Shown: in pieces, positions 1 to 9,678 of the stretch
How positions within the stretch are numbered: position 1 is the stretch's first letter
Layout of the letters: the number at the start of each line of letters is the position of its first letter
Origin: Armatimonadota bacterium
GTDB lineage: Bacteria; Armatimonadota; SYMT01
Direction: 5' to 3'
DNA length: 64,000 bases
Assembly (NCBI GenBank): GCA_041690135.1
Contig: JAWLHY010000011.1
Location: 128,001 to 192,000 of the forward strand
Made by a program: the position numbers and the translations under genes
The notes under the pieces: generated by a model
Database searches by the model: none
Seen by the model: only the letters and a program-made list of their open reading frames with translations
What the model was told of the DNA's origin: nothing

Positions 1-423
1 CTTGAAGTTGAAGCCGGCGCCATCCTCCCCGAAGTGGAGCTGCGACGGATTGTTCGCCCGGTGGCAAGCGACGCAGCCGCCGTTGGCGCGGTCCAGCAGC
101 GGCCAGATCTCCTTCGTAAACCGCTCCTCCAGCGCCGCGGCGTCCTCCAGGGAGAGCCGCCCGCCCACGAGAGTTGAGCGTTCGGGTGTCGTGGGGTTGA
201 TTGGTTTCTTGCCGGGCTGGGTAGTCTGTCCATGGGCCAGGCCGGCCATGATGGAGAGCGCGGCTATGCTGCCGGCGCCAATGAAGGCTGCCGTGGGGGA
301 ATGACTCCGGCCGTTTGCTAGCCTGCGAGGTTTACACCCCGAGGGGGTGCAGGCTTTGCCTTTTGTAGCCGCGAGTTCACTCGCCCACCTGTAGAAGGGG
401 CGGGTGCTCATAGTGAGGTGCAT
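1..423 (-). CDS. Secreted c-type cytochrome-domain protein (planctomycete cytochrome C-like), partial, runs off the left edge
   Basis: My own minus-strand translation (not in the ORF track) is open from ATG 423 or 411 to base 1: ...AALSIMAGLAHGQ...ALEERFTKEIWPLLDRANGGCVACHRANNPSQLHF. It has a hydrophobic leader and F-x-x-EIWPLL followed by CxxCH, like the N-termini of the PSD1 proteins in this window. Confidence 0.7.
   Translation of the reverse strand, partial: MHLTMSTRPFYRWASELAATKGKACTPSGCKPRRLANGRSHSPTAAFIGAGSIAALSIMAGLAHGQTTQPGKKPINPTTPERSTLVGGRLSLEDAAALEERFTKEIWPLLDRANGGCVACHRANNPSQLHFGEDGAGFNFK
362..387. repeat. GTAG-type REP-like hairpin repeat, inside the coding region above
   Basis: TTTGTAGCCGCGAGTTCACTCGCCCA is the exact reverse complement of 19823-19848. 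It has GTAG followed by a GCGAG/CTCGC stem. Confidence 0.8.
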
Positions 424-529
424 GCGGGAGCCGGGGACGGACAACTCCGCCGGTCATGACGGTTGTGAACCCCCGCCTGTTCTCTGTCATTTCGTTGGGA
501 ACGTCAGCCTACGTTGCGTTGCGAGCAGA

Positions 530-667
530 GCGGTTCAGTTTTCGGTAGGAGCTGGTTCGTAGCCCCGGAGGGGCGAAAGGATAATAGCCGGGGGTGTGAA
601 CCCCCGGTCCTGACGCCGGTGGAAAAGAGCCCCGGCGCATGCGTCCGTATGGAAGGGGCGGCAGAGC
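530..667 (+). repeat. Dispersed ~135-bp intergenic palindromic repeat, copy 1
   Basis: CGTAGCCCCGGAGGGGCG...ATAATAGCCGGGGGT...AAGAGCCCCGGCGCATGCGTCCGTA.GGAAGGGGCGGCAGAG is near-identical to 15005-15141. Confidence 0.85.
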
Positions 668-813
668 AGTGCGGTGGGAGGGAATTTGACCACGCTCTGG
701 CGTTGTGAGTCCGGACACGCAGATGGGCCCGCGGTAGGTACACCGGCGATGCGTGAGGGTGTGGGGCAGGACGGGGTGCGTGTCGCCAGTGGTGAGCGCT
801 GGGCGGAGGTTGC

Positions 814-845
814 GATCACGATTACGATCACGATCACGATCACGA
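814..845. repeat. Hexamer tandem repeat (GATCAC)n
   Basis: gatcacgattacgatcacgatcacgatcacga upstream of ftsH. Confidence 0.8.
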
Positions 846-992
846 GTGTGGTGACCGGGAGGCGGCGTGGGGACCCGTGCGAAGGTTGGCCCGGATTGGG
901 TATGACCCCATGGCTTGCTCCGTTACAGGCGGCCGGAGGGGGAGCGGAGGTCGACCTTCGCGCACCCCGGATACTTGATAGGAGAGTTTGCT

Positions 993-2972
993 TTGCAGGG
1001 GGAGAACGATCGCACCGAAGAGGAGCGGAGGCCGAACGCCGGGCGCGGCTGGGGCCTGCTCTGGCTGGTGTTCATGATCTGGCTCGTGTTCAGCATGTGG
1101 CCGCGGCCGCGGGAAGCCGCGGAGGTTCCGTACTCCACCTTCCTCACCCAGGTGCGCGAGGGAAACGTCGAGAGCGTTCGGATCGCGGGTAGCGAAATCA
1201 CCGGTACCTTTGAGCAGGCGGTCACGTGGCCGCAGCCGACGCCCGCCAACGGTGAAGCAACGCCTCCCGGCAATGCGCCGGCCCCGGCCCCGGCCCCATC
1301 GCCATTTCCGGGGATGGGTGCGCCGGAGACGCCTCGGCCTTATCAGCGGTTCGAGACGACCTTTCCCGAGGTGGTGGGCGACGAGGCGCTGCTGCCCCTG
1401 CTGCGGGAGCAGGACGTTACGGTGGAAGTGGCGCAGCCCGCCAGCCCCTGGCTGGCCATGCTGTTGGCCAATGCGCTGCCCCTACTGCTGCTGGTCCTGT
1501 TCTTCGTCTGGATGGGCCGGAACGCCTCGCGGGCGCAGTCGGGAATCTTCGACTTCGGGCGGACCCGCGCCCGCCGGTACGATGCGGACCGCCCCACCGT
1601 GACGTTCGCCGACGTGGCGGGCGTGGAGGAGGCGAAGACGGAGCTCCAGCAGGTGGTTGACTTCCTGCGCGAGCCGAAGAAGTACCGCGACCTGGGCGCG
1701 CGGATCCCCCGCGGCGTGCTGCTTTCCGGGCCTCCGGGCACCGGTAAAACGCTGCTGGCCCGCGCCGTGGCCGGGGAAGCGGGGGTGCCGTTCTTCAGCC
1801 TTAGCGGCTCCGAGTTCGTCGAGATGCTGGTCGGCGTCGGCGCCAGCCGCGTGCGGGACCTCTTCGAGCGGGCCAAAAAGGAAGCGCCGGTCATCATCTT
1901 CATCGATGAGCTGGATGCGGTCGGTCGCCGCCGCGGCGCCGGGCTGGGGACGGTCAACGACGAGCGGGAGCAGACCCTCAACCAGTTGCTGGCCGCGATG
2001 GACGGCTTCGAGCCCCACCAGGAAGTGATCGTCCTGGCCGCGACGAACCGTCCGGACGTGCTGGACCCCGCCTTGCTCCGCCCCGGGCGCTTCGATCGTC
2101 AGGTGGAAGTGGGCCTGCCGGACCGTAAGGGACGGGAGGCGATCCTGCGCATCCACTCACGCAAGCTGCCGATTGCCGACGACGTGCGGATCGAGGAAGT
2201 GGCGAACGGGACCACCGGCTTCAGCGGCGCGCAGTTGGCCAACCTCTGCAACGAGGCGGCCCTCGTCGCCGCGCTCCGCAACCAGCGGATGATCGCGATG
2301 GAAGACTTCGAGGAAGCGCGCGACAAAGTGATGATGGGGGGCAAGCGGGCCCTGGTGATGGACAAGTACCAGCGCAGAATCGTGGCTTACCACGAGGCAG
2401 GGCATGCCGTGGTGGCGTGGCTCACCCCGCAGGCCGATCCCGTGCACAAGGTCACGGTCGTCCCGCGCGGGCGCGCCCTGGGAGTCACGGCGCAACTGCC
2501 CGAGGAAGAACGGTACAACTTCTCCCGCGAGTATCTGCTGGCCCGGCTCTCCGTGCTGATCGGGGGCCGCGTGGCGGAGGAGCTCGTTTGCGGCGACATC
2601 ACCACCGGGGCGGAGAACGACCTGGTGGAGGCGACCCGGCTGACGCGCCGCATGGTCACCCGCTGGGGCATGGGCAGCCTTGGCTTCGTGGCGTTCGAAA
2701 CGGACGACGAGCAGCCGTTCCTCGGGTACTCCTTCGCGCACGGCAAGGACTACGCCGACGCGACCGCGGCGCGGATCGACCAGGACGTGCAGCGTCTGCT
2801 GGAAGAACGCCACGAGTATGTCCGGCGGTTGCTCACCGACAACCAGGACGGGCTGGAGCGGCTTACCGAGGCGCTGCTGGAGCAGGAGACGGTAGGCCAG
2901 GAAGCCCTGGAGGAGATCCTGGGTCCCCGGCGGCAACCCCAGGAGATTACGGTGGTGCGCCGCGCGGCTTGA
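993..2972 (+). CDS. ftsH: ATP-dependent zinc metalloprotease FtsH
   Basis: Two N-terminal TM segments, Walker A GPPGTGKT, Walker B IIFIDE, SRH ([20 protein letters not shown]) and the HEAGH zinc motif. Start placed at TTG 993 after AGGAGAG; the ORF track opens at 915. Confidence 0.95.
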   Translation: MQGENDRTEEERRPNAGRGWGLLWLVFMIWLVFSMWPRPREAAEVPYSTFLTQVREGNVESVRIAGSEITGTFEQAVTWPQPTPANGEATPPGNAPAPAPAPSPFPGMGAPETPRPYQRFETTFPEVVGDEALLPLLREQDVTVEVAQPASPWLAMLLANALPLLLLVLFFVWMGRNASRAQSGIFDFGRTRARRYDADRPTVTFADVAGVEEAKTELQQVVDFLREPKKYRDLGARIPRGVLLSGPPGTGKTLLARAVAGEAGVPFFSLSGSEFVEMLVGVGASRVRDLFERAKKEAPVIIFIDELDAVGRRRGAGLGTVNDEREQTLNQLLAAMDGFEPHQEVIVLAATNRPDVLDPALLRPGRFDRQVEVGLPDRKGREAILRIHSRKLPIADDVRIEEVANGTTGFSGAQLANLCNEAALVAALRNQRMIAMEDFEEARDKVMMGGKRALVMDKYQRRIVAYHEAGHAVVAWLTPQADPVHKVTVVPRGRALGVTAQLPEEERYNFSREYLLARLSVLIGGRVAEELVCGDITTGAENDLVEATRLTRRMVTRWGMGSLGFVAFETDDEQPFLGYSFAHGKDYADATAARIDQDVQRLLEERHEYVRRLLTDNQDGLERLTEALLEQETVGQEALEEILGPRRQPQEITVVRRAA

Positions 2973-2976
2973 TCAA

Positions 2977-3780
2977 CTAGGATCCCACTTTAGGCAATTC
3001 CTTGCCGCAATGGGGGCAGCACGCTGCCCCCTCCTGCTTCCGCTGTAACTCTTCCAGGAAGGCGGCGCCCAGGAGGCCGGCGGGCAGCGCAAAGAGCCCG
3101 ATGCCGAGCACCGCGATAACGGCGGCCACGCACCGGCCGAGCGGCGTCACCGGGTAGACGTCGCCGTAGCCGACGGTGGTGAGGGTCGCCACCGCCCACC
3201 ACATGGCTGCGGGGATGCTGGAGAACTTGTCCGGCTGGGCCTCCCGTTCCGCGAAGTACATCAGCGAAGAGGAGATCAGCATCAGGATCCCGATGAAAAC
3301 CAGAGTCAACAGGAGCTCTTCCCGCTTGGAGCTGAACACGCGCCCGAATACCTGCAGGGCGCGTGAGTACCGCGCCAGCTTCGCGATCCGGAAGAGCCGC
3401 AGGAACCGGAGGGCGCGCATCATGCGCAGATCCACGCCCAGCAGCGGGAGGTAGAACGGCAGGATCGCCAGGAGGTCGAACAGCGCGAGCGGCGTCAGCG
3501 CGAACCGCAGCCGGCCGGTGATCGGAACCGCATACCGGGGGTTCGCGGTGCAGGACCACAGCCGCAGCAGGTACTCGCCCGTGAAGATGACCACCGACAC
3601 CGCTTCGAACGCATCGAAGAACGCCCGGGCGCGCAGGTAGATCCCGTGATCCGATTCCAGGGTCAAGGCGACGATGTTCAGCACGATCAGGGAAAGCATG
3701 AACACGTCGAACACCCGGCTTGCGCGGTCACCCGCGCCGGCGGGTTCGAGGATCTCGTACACGCGTCGCTTCAGCTTCAT
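2977..3780 (-). CDS. Voltage-gated potassium channel (6-TM ion transporter)
   Basis: TTVGYGD selectivity filter, Arg-rich S4 (RMMRALRFLRLFRIAKLAR) and C-terminal CPHCG. Start at ATG 3780 after GGAGA. Confidence 0.92.
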   Translation of the reverse strand: MKLKRRVYEILEPAGAGDRASRVFDVFMLSLIVLNIVALTLESDHGIYLRARAFFDAFEAVSVVIFTGEYLLRLWSCTANPRYAVPITGRLRFALTPLALFDLLAILPFYLPLLGVDLRMMRALRFLRLFRIAKLARYSRALQVFGRVFSSKREELLLTLVFIGILMLISSSLMYFAEREAQPDKFSSIPAAMWWAVATLTTVGYGDVYPVTPLGRCVAAVIAVLGIGLFALPAGLLGAAFLEELQRKQEGAACCPHCGKELPKVGS

Positions 3781-3890
3781 CCCATCTCCATCGCAACCCC
3801 CTCGCTCCCGTGAGAGGAACTTCGGGTGTTCACCGGCGGCCCATTCTGTCCTAATTTCGGTACACGGGCGCCCGAACACTCCCCGAAGAC

Positions 3891-4166
3891 GGCCCCTCCC
3901 AGGGCTTCCGTCTCGAAGAGCAGCAGTGGGTGGAAATCCCCCGGCGGCAGCATGGGCGAGCTTTCAGCCCCCTGCTGCGGCTCGAGTTCCGCGCGATCGA
4001 GGACGGGGTGCGCCACTTCGACCCGGCCACTTCGCGGTTCATGCCGTCCGCGCACGACCTGGCCGCGCAACTTCGTGATGCTTCCAGCGAGATCCGCGTG
4101 AAGGACGACGAAATTGAGCGACTCCGCCGGGAACTGGAGGCCTTCCGCTCCGGCGAGCAGGAGTGA
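3891..4166 (+). pseudogene. Probable C-terminal remnant of a Uma2/DUF820-family endonuclease
   Basis: QGFRLEEQQWVEI...SPLLRLEFRAIEDGVRHFDPATSRFM followed by a coiled coil resembles Uma2 C-termini. An in-frame TAA at 3852 leaves no room for the catalytic N-terminal part. Confidence 0.5.
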
Positions 4167-4205
4167 AAGGCCTCGATCTCCGTGCGCGCTTCCCGCCCCG
4201 TCCCT

Positions 4206-5063
4206 TTAGAGGAGGATTGAAGGCAGGAACGCGCCCTGCGGCTCGTTGTAGAGGCCGAGGCTCATCAGGTTCAGGGGTTGGGTGATCCGGAGGCCCCGGT
4301 CGAGGCACCAGCGGAACAGTTCGGTGTTGCGCGTGGGGAGGAGAAAACCGGGGCCGGGAAACTCGGGAGCGGCTCCGATCAAGGCCTTGATCGCGGTGTT
4401 GTCTTCCGCCACGGTGTGCGCCATGAAACCCACGCCGGAGGTGTAGCCCACGATGCGGCCCTCCCGCTCTACCACGGCGGCCGCCCCCCGCGCCACGGCG
4501 CCCGCAAGCTCCCAGGTACGGTCGTGCCCGTGCACCCGGCGGCAGAGCGCGGCGCAGGCGGCGAGATCCGCCTCCACCGCTGGACGGACGGGGTACCCCG
4601 GAAGGGTGATCTCCAGGGGTTCGCCCTGCATACAGGCCAGTGGTTCCCGCACCGTGAAACCGAGCTTCGTGTAGAGAGCCAACGAGCGGTTGTGGAAGGC
4701 GGCCTGCACAAGCCGTACACCCGGAAACCCTTTCTCGCGTGAGCGCTCCAGTACCGCATTCATCAGGCTCCGGCCGACCGTCCCGTTCTGGACCTCCGGG
4801 TGCACGGTGATCGGCCCGACCCCGGCGATCGGGTCGCCTTCCCACAGAAAGTTGCTGCCTACCACCCGGCCATCCAGCTCCGCCACCACGGAGTAGGTCT
4901 CTGGAACCGTCAGGATCGAGGCGAGCATACCCGTGGCAAACGCAGCATCGGGAAAGTCGGGCGGGAAGTTATGCTGGCTCGAGATGTGGGCGAAGGCCTC
5001 GTAGCAGATCGGGCCGAGCGCCGCGGCATCTTCCGGCGTGCCGGGACGGAGAGTCAGGTTCAT
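4206..5063 (-). CDS. GNAT-family N-acetyltransferase (tandem GNAT fold)
   Basis: Acetyl-CoA motif A (ITVHPEVQNGTVGRSLM) and motif B (SLALYTKLGF). Confidence 0.85.
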   Translation of the reverse strand: MNLTLRPGTPEDAAALGPICYEAFAHISSQHNFPPDFPDAAFATGMLASILTVPETYSVVAELDGRVVGSNFLWEGDPIAGVGPITVHPEVQNGTVGRSLMNAVLERSREKGFPGVRLVQAAFHNRSLALYTKLGFTVREPLACMQGEPLEITLPGYPVRPAVEADLAACAALCRRVHGHDRTWELAGAVARGAAAVVEREGRIVGYTSGVGFMAHTVAEDNTAIKALIGAAPEFPGPGFLLPTRNTELFRWCLDRGLRITQPLNLMSLGLYNEPQGAFLPSILL

Positions 5064-5122
5064 CGCTTGTTTTCCTGGGAAGTTAAGGGTGGTTCGTGAG
5101 AGTAGCACCGTTCGGAACTATT

Positions 5123-5545
5123 CTAGACGCCGGGATTTGGTATGGAGTCTTCGTCTTTACTGTTACTGTGCCTCAAGCACCCGCAAAGTCTGGCTCTGTA
5201 GGCAAGACCGGATCGGTAACAAGACAGCAGAACCCAGATGGGGAAAGCGAAGAGGCAGTAGTAGAAGGTAGCTACGACCAGAGCAAATGAAAGATCGGGA
5301 CCATCCAACTGCGGGTCATACGCTCCCCCGTTATAGAGCTCCCACACAAACCAGGAAAAGCCCGCCAGGAAGAGCGCAACGCCCAGCGGGACCAGCCACC
5401 GCCCGCGGAGCGGAAGCACTCCATACAGCTCCGGTAGGCGAAGTATCCGCCACAGAGTGACGACCGTCCCGAGAAGAGCGACGAGAAATCCCAGGCAACC
5501 GCGGATCGCACCAGGTCCCACACAAGTTCCCTTCGCCGAACGCAT
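5123..5545 (-). CDS. Hypothetical membrane protein (start uncertain, possibly degraded)
   Basis: Three hydrophobic segments, lower GC than neighbours, no recognisable motif. Confidence 0.35.
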   Translation of the reverse strand: MRSAKGTCVGPGAIRGCLGFLVALLGTVVTLWRILRLPELYGVLPLRGRWLVPLGVALFLAGFSWFVWELYNGGAYDPQLDGPDLSFALVVATFYYCLFAFPIWVLLSCYRSGLAYRARLCGCLRHSNSKDEDSIPNPGV

Positions 5546-5924
5546 CCAAAGGTAGGACGGCGCCTACCCTTGACCCTTATGGCACAACCCGCGGCACCGT
5601 GTGCATATTGGAAGTGGGTCACCGCGTTCGCAAGTTGCGCAAACATGGCGGGTGCGGTCCGTGATCGGGGGCGTAAACGAGTTGCACCCATGCGCGTACC
5701 GTGACCAACGCCCACGAGGGGCTCTGCTACCTTCCTCGAACCGTCCCTCTCCGAGAGGCCGGTTCTGTTGTGGCTGTATGGCTCCTTATCCTTATCTTCA
5801 TCCGAATTCCTAATCCGGGCGAAGCCCCCGGGGAAGGATGAACCCTGCCGGTGTCGAATCCGTCTACGGGTCCGGTTGGCTCTGGACGGACCGATGGCGG
5901 GCACGGAAGGGATGAACGAGAGGT

Positions 5925-8900
5925 ATGCGGCGCAGCGGTATCCTGGTGGGAAGTCTGGCGATGGCCTGGTGTGCGCTGGCGGCGACGGCCGCGGTTCCCG
6001 GTTCGGGAAAAGCGCCCGGCGCCGGAGCGAAGGGGGGCGTCCCGAAGGCCGCAACTACTCCGGTCGCCGCGCCGGGAGCGGCGGGTGAACCTTCTCCCTC
6101 CCCCGAAGCGCTGGAGTTTTTCGAGAAGGAAGTCCGTCCCGTACTGGCCGAGAACTGCTACCTCTGCCACGGCGCGACCCTCCAGCAGGGCGGCCTTCGC
6201 CTCGACTCGCGAGCGGAGCTGCTGAAGAAGCTGAAGAGCGGCGCTCCCGCCGTGGTTGCGGGGCGCCCCGAAGAGAGTTCCCTGATCCGCGCGATCCGCC
6301 ACGACGGCAAGATCAAGATGCCGCCCCAGGGCAAGCTGCCGGAGCGGGCCGTCGCGGCGCTGACCCGTTGGGTGCGGATGGGAGCGCCGTGGCCGGAAGT
6401 CAGGGGTCGGGCCGGGTACCCGCGAGCGGGTGGCGGGGGTGGGGGTCGGGGGGAATTGTCAATTGACAATTCTCAATTGACAATTGTCAATTCCGGCCGC
6501 AATGGCCACTGGGCGTTTCGGCCGGTGCGGACGCCGGCGGTTCCGGCGGTGAAGAACCGGGAGTGGGTGAAGACGCCGGTGGATGCCTTCGTGCTCGCGA
6601 AGCTGGAGGCGCAGGGGATGGCCCCGAACCCGCCGGCGGACCGGCGGACGCTGATCCGGCGCGCCTACCTGGACCTGACCGGTCTGCCGCCCACCGCGGC
6701 GGAGGTGGAGGCGTTTGTGGCGGACCGCAGCCCCAACGCCTGGGAAAAGGTGGTCGATCGCCTGCTGACCTCACCCCATTACGGGGAGCGCTGGGGCCGC
6801 CACTGGCTGGACGTGGCGCGATTCGGGGAAACGAAGGGCTTCCTGGCGGGTGGCCAGGAGCGCCGGTTCCCGTACGCTTACACCTACCGTGATTACGTCG
6901 TCCGCGCCTTCAATGAGGACAAGCCGTACGACCGGTTCCTGCTGGAGCAGATCGCCGCGGATCAACTCGACCTGGGCGAGGACCGGGGAGCGCTCGCCGC
7001 GCTCGGATTCCTCACGGTCGGCAAGCGGTTCCAGGGCCGGATGGACGACATCATCGACGACCGGATCGATGTGGTCACGCGGGGCACGCAGGCCCTCACG
7101 GTGACCTGCGCCCGCTGTCACGACCACAAGTACGATCCAATCCCCACCGCGGATTATTACTCCCTCTACGGCGTCTTCGCCAGCTCGGTCGAGCCGAAAG
7201 AGCTGCCGGTGATCGCGCCTCCCGAGCGTGGCGCCACCTACCTCGCCTTCGAGAAGCAGTACCGCGCACTGCAGAAGGACGTGGATGATTTCCTCGCCGC
7301 AAAGCACGCGGAGTACATGGGGAAGATCCGGGAGTCGATGCCCGCCTACTTTCTGGCCGCGCACACCGCCGTGGCGAAAGGCACGGCGCTGCCGGCCCTC
7401 GCACGCCAGCGCGACCTGAGCGTTCCGGTACTGACCCGCTGGCGGGGTCATCTGCTGGAGACGCGCAGGAGCTTCGATGCCGTGATGGCTCCGTGGCACG
7501 CTTTTGCCGCGCTGCCCGACGCGGAGTTCGCGAGGAAGGCGCCGGAGCTGGCGGCCCGCTTCGCCGCGAACGCCGACCCGGCCCGGCGGATCAACCCGCT
7601 GGTGGCCGCCGCTTTCGCCGGAGCCCCGCCGGCCTCTCTCCAGGAACTGGCCGACCGCTACGGGCGCGTGTTGAAGACGATCGACGCCCGCTGGAAGGCG
7701 CTGCAGGCGCAGTCCAAATCCGGCGACGCGCCGCAGGAACTCCCGGAACCGGAAGCGGAGCAGCTCCGGCAGCTTCTCTATTCCGAGGAATCGCCGCTGC
7801 ATATTCCCCTCGCCGCGTTCGAACGGATGTTGGAACGGGACGACCGGAACCGCCTGCGGGCCCTGCGGAACAAGGTGGAGCGGTTCGCCATCAACTCGCC
7901 CGACGCCCCGCCGCGGGCGATGGTCCTGGAAGATGCGCCGGAGCCGGTCACTCCGCGGATCTTCGTCCGGGGCAACCCCGCCAGCCGCGGCGAAGAGGTG
8001 CCCCGCCAATACCTCGCCCTGCTCTGCGGCGCGGACCGCCAGCCGTTCCGCAAGGGCAGCGGGCGCCTGGAACTGGCCCAGGCCATCGCCAGCCCGGAGA
8101 ACCCGCTCACGGCGCGGGTGATGGTCAACCGCGTCTGGGGCTGGCATTTCGGCCAGGCCCTGGTCCGCACCCCCAGCGACTTCGGCCTCCGCAGCGCCCC
8201 ACCCTCGCATCCGGAATTGCTAGATTACCTGGCTTCTGTATTCTCCGGCACGGGTACGGTTACCGGAACGCAGGGAAGCAAGGGGGCAGGGAGCAAGGGG
8301 GAAGGGGCGCTTGTTGACCAGAACGAGTACGGTTTGGCGGAACGCAGAGGGGCAAGGGTGAAGGGAGCAGGGGCGCTCCAGACTTCGCGGACCGTAGCAA
8401 CTTCTGGTTCCCGGGGTTCGAGTTACGCAATACGCAATACGCAATACGCATCAGCCCCCAGCCCCCAGCCCCCAGCCCCCGGCCCCGCCGAAGGTTTGGG
8501 TTGGTCGATCAAGAGGCTCCACAAGCTCCTCATGCTCTCCAGCACCTACCAGATGAGCAGCGCGGAGAACCCGAAGCAGAGCGCGGTCGATCCGGAGAAC
8601 GTGCTGCTGTGGCGGATGAACCGGAGGCGCCTCGATTTCGAAGCGATGCGCGACTCCCTGCTGGCGGTGTCGGGCAAGCTGGACCGCACCCTGGGAGGGA
8701 CGTCGGTCGACCTGGAGAAGAGCTCTGCTTCAACCCGCCGCACGCTCTACAGCTTCATCGACCGGGACAACCTGCCCAACCTGTTCCGGACCTTCGACTT
8801 CTCCAATCCCGACCTGCACAGCCCGCAGCGGCACACGACCACGGTTCCGCAGCAGGCGCTGTTCCTGATGAACAGCCCGTTCGTGCTGGAGCAGGCGTCG

Positions 8901-9662
8901 CACCTGGCCCGCCGACCGGAGGTGGCCGGCGCGAAGAGCCCGGAGGAGCGGGTGCGGCAACTCCACCGCCTGGTGTACGGACGGGAAGCCTCGGCGGAAG
9001 AGGTGGCGCTGGGAGTGCAGTTCACGGCGGAAGAACCGAAGCCCGCGGCCGCGGCGGAGGCCCCCACGTTGTGGCGGTATGGCTACGGCGAGGTGGATGA
9101 GAGCGCCGGCCGGACCCGCACCTTCACGCCGCTGGCCCACTGGTCGGGAGAGCAGTGGCAGGCCGGGCCCGAGTTCCCGGACCCGAAGCTGGGGTTCATC
9201 CGGGTCACCTCGGTGGGCGTAGCGCCGGGACGGGATGCCGCGCACGCGACGATCCGGAGGTGGACGGCGCCGGTGGACGGGACCGTGTCGATCACCGGCA
9301 CCCTCTTCCACCGCAGCCCGAAGGGGGACGGAGTCCGAGCCCGCATCGTTTCCAGCCGCGCCGGGGTGCTCGGGACCTGGATCGTTCACAACGGACGCGA
9401 GGACGTCTCCGTGCGATCCGTCGCGGTGCGGAAGGGCGATACCCTCGATTTCGTGGTGGACTGCCGCGCGAACGGTAACTCGGATTTCGCGAACTGGACG
9501 CCGGAGATCCGCCTGGCGGGCGGCACGGGGCCGGCGCGAGAATGGTCGTCCGCGGCGGGCTTCCGGAGCCCGGCCGGCGGGACGACCGCCATCGCCGCGG
9601 ACGCCTGGACCGCCTACGCCCAGGTACTGCTGCTCTCCAACGAATTCAATTTTGTCGATTGA
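5925..9662 (+). CDS. PSD1 / planctomycete cytochrome C protein (DUF1549 + DUF1553), paralogue 1
   Basis: Signal peptide, [63 protein letters not shown] and the C-terminal NEFNFVD. Confidence 0.92.
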   Translation: MRRSGILVGSLAMAWCALAATAAVPGSGKAPGAGAKGGVPKAATTPVAAPGAAGEPSPSPEALEFFEKEVRPVLAENCYLCHGATLQQGGLRLDSRAELLKKLKSGAPAVVAGRPEESSLIRAIRHDGKIKMPPQGKLPERAVAALTRWVRMGAPWPEVRGRAGYPRAGGGGGGRGELSIDNSQLTIVNSGRNGHWAFRPVRTPAVPAVKNREWVKTPVDAFVLAKLEAQGMAPNPPADRRTLIRRAYLDLTGLPPTAAEVEAFVADRSPNAWEKVVDRLLTSPHYGERWGRHWLDVARFGETKGFLAGGQERRFPYAYTYRDYVVRAFNEDKPYDRFLLEQIAADQLDLGEDRGALAALGFLTVGKRFQGRMDDIIDDRIDVVTRGTQALTVTCARCHDHKYDPIPTADYYSLYGVFASSVEPKELPVIAPPERGATYLAFEKQYRALQKDVDDFLAAKHAEYMGKIRESMPAYFLAAHTAVAKGTALPALARQRDLSVPVLTRWRGHLLETRRSFDAVMAPWHAFAALPDAEFARKAPELAARFAANADPARRINPLVAAAFAGAPPASLQELADRYGRVLKTIDARWKALQAQSKSGDAPQELPEPEAEQLRQLLYSEESPLHIPLAAFERMLERDDRNRLRALRNKVERFAINSPDAPPRAMVLEDAPEPVTPRIFVRGNPASRGEEVPRQYLALLCGADRQPFRKGSGRLELAQAIASPENPLTARVMVNRVWGWHFGQALVRTPSDFGLRSAPPSHPELLDYLASVFSGTGTVTGTQGSKGAGSKGEGALVDQNEYGLAERRGARVKGAGALQTSRTVATSGSRGSSYAIRNTQYASAPSPQPPAPGPAEGLGWSIKRLHKLLMLSSTYQMSSAENPKQSAVDPENVLLWRMNRRRLDFEAMRDSLLAVSGKLDRTLGGTSVDLEKSSASTRRTLYSFIDRDNLPNLFRTFDFSNPDLHSPQRHTTTVPQQALFLMNSPFVLEQASHLARRPEVAGAKSPEERVRQLHRLVYGREASAEEVALGVQFTAEEPKPAAAAEAPTLWRYGYGEVDESAGRTRTFTPLAHWSGEQWQAGPEFPDPKLGFIRVTSVGVAPGRDAAHATIRRWTAPVDGTVSITGTLFHRSPKGDGVRARIVSSRAGVLGTWIVHNGREDVSVRSVAVRKGDTLDFVVDCRANGNSDFANWTPEIRLAGGTGPAREWSSAAGFRSPAGGTTAIAADAWTAYAQVLLLSNEFNFVD
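6452..6494. repeat. AT-rich heptamer (CAATTGW-like) tandem repeat, in frame within the CDS
   Basis: ggaattgtcaattgacaattctcaattgacaattgtcaattcc, translated as ELSIDNSQLTIVNS. Confidence 0.85.
8244..8498 (+). repeat. In-frame composite repeat insert, copy 1 (255 nt, 85 aa)
   Basis: Lies between LDYLASVF and GWSIK; related to 13761-14006 and 18819-19100. Confidence 0.9.
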
Positions 9663-9678
9663 GGAACCGGGAAAGAAG

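Noticed and set aside
8244-8498. DUF1553 inserts as inteins or self-splicing introns
   Set aside because: No conserved Cys/Ser start across copies, no C-terminal His-Asn followed by Cys/Ser/Thr, and no GUGYG/domain V or group I core visible.
9235-9678. N-terminal extension of the first DUF1501 ORF
   Set aside because: It overlaps the PSD1 gene; the Tat leader starts at ATG 9679.
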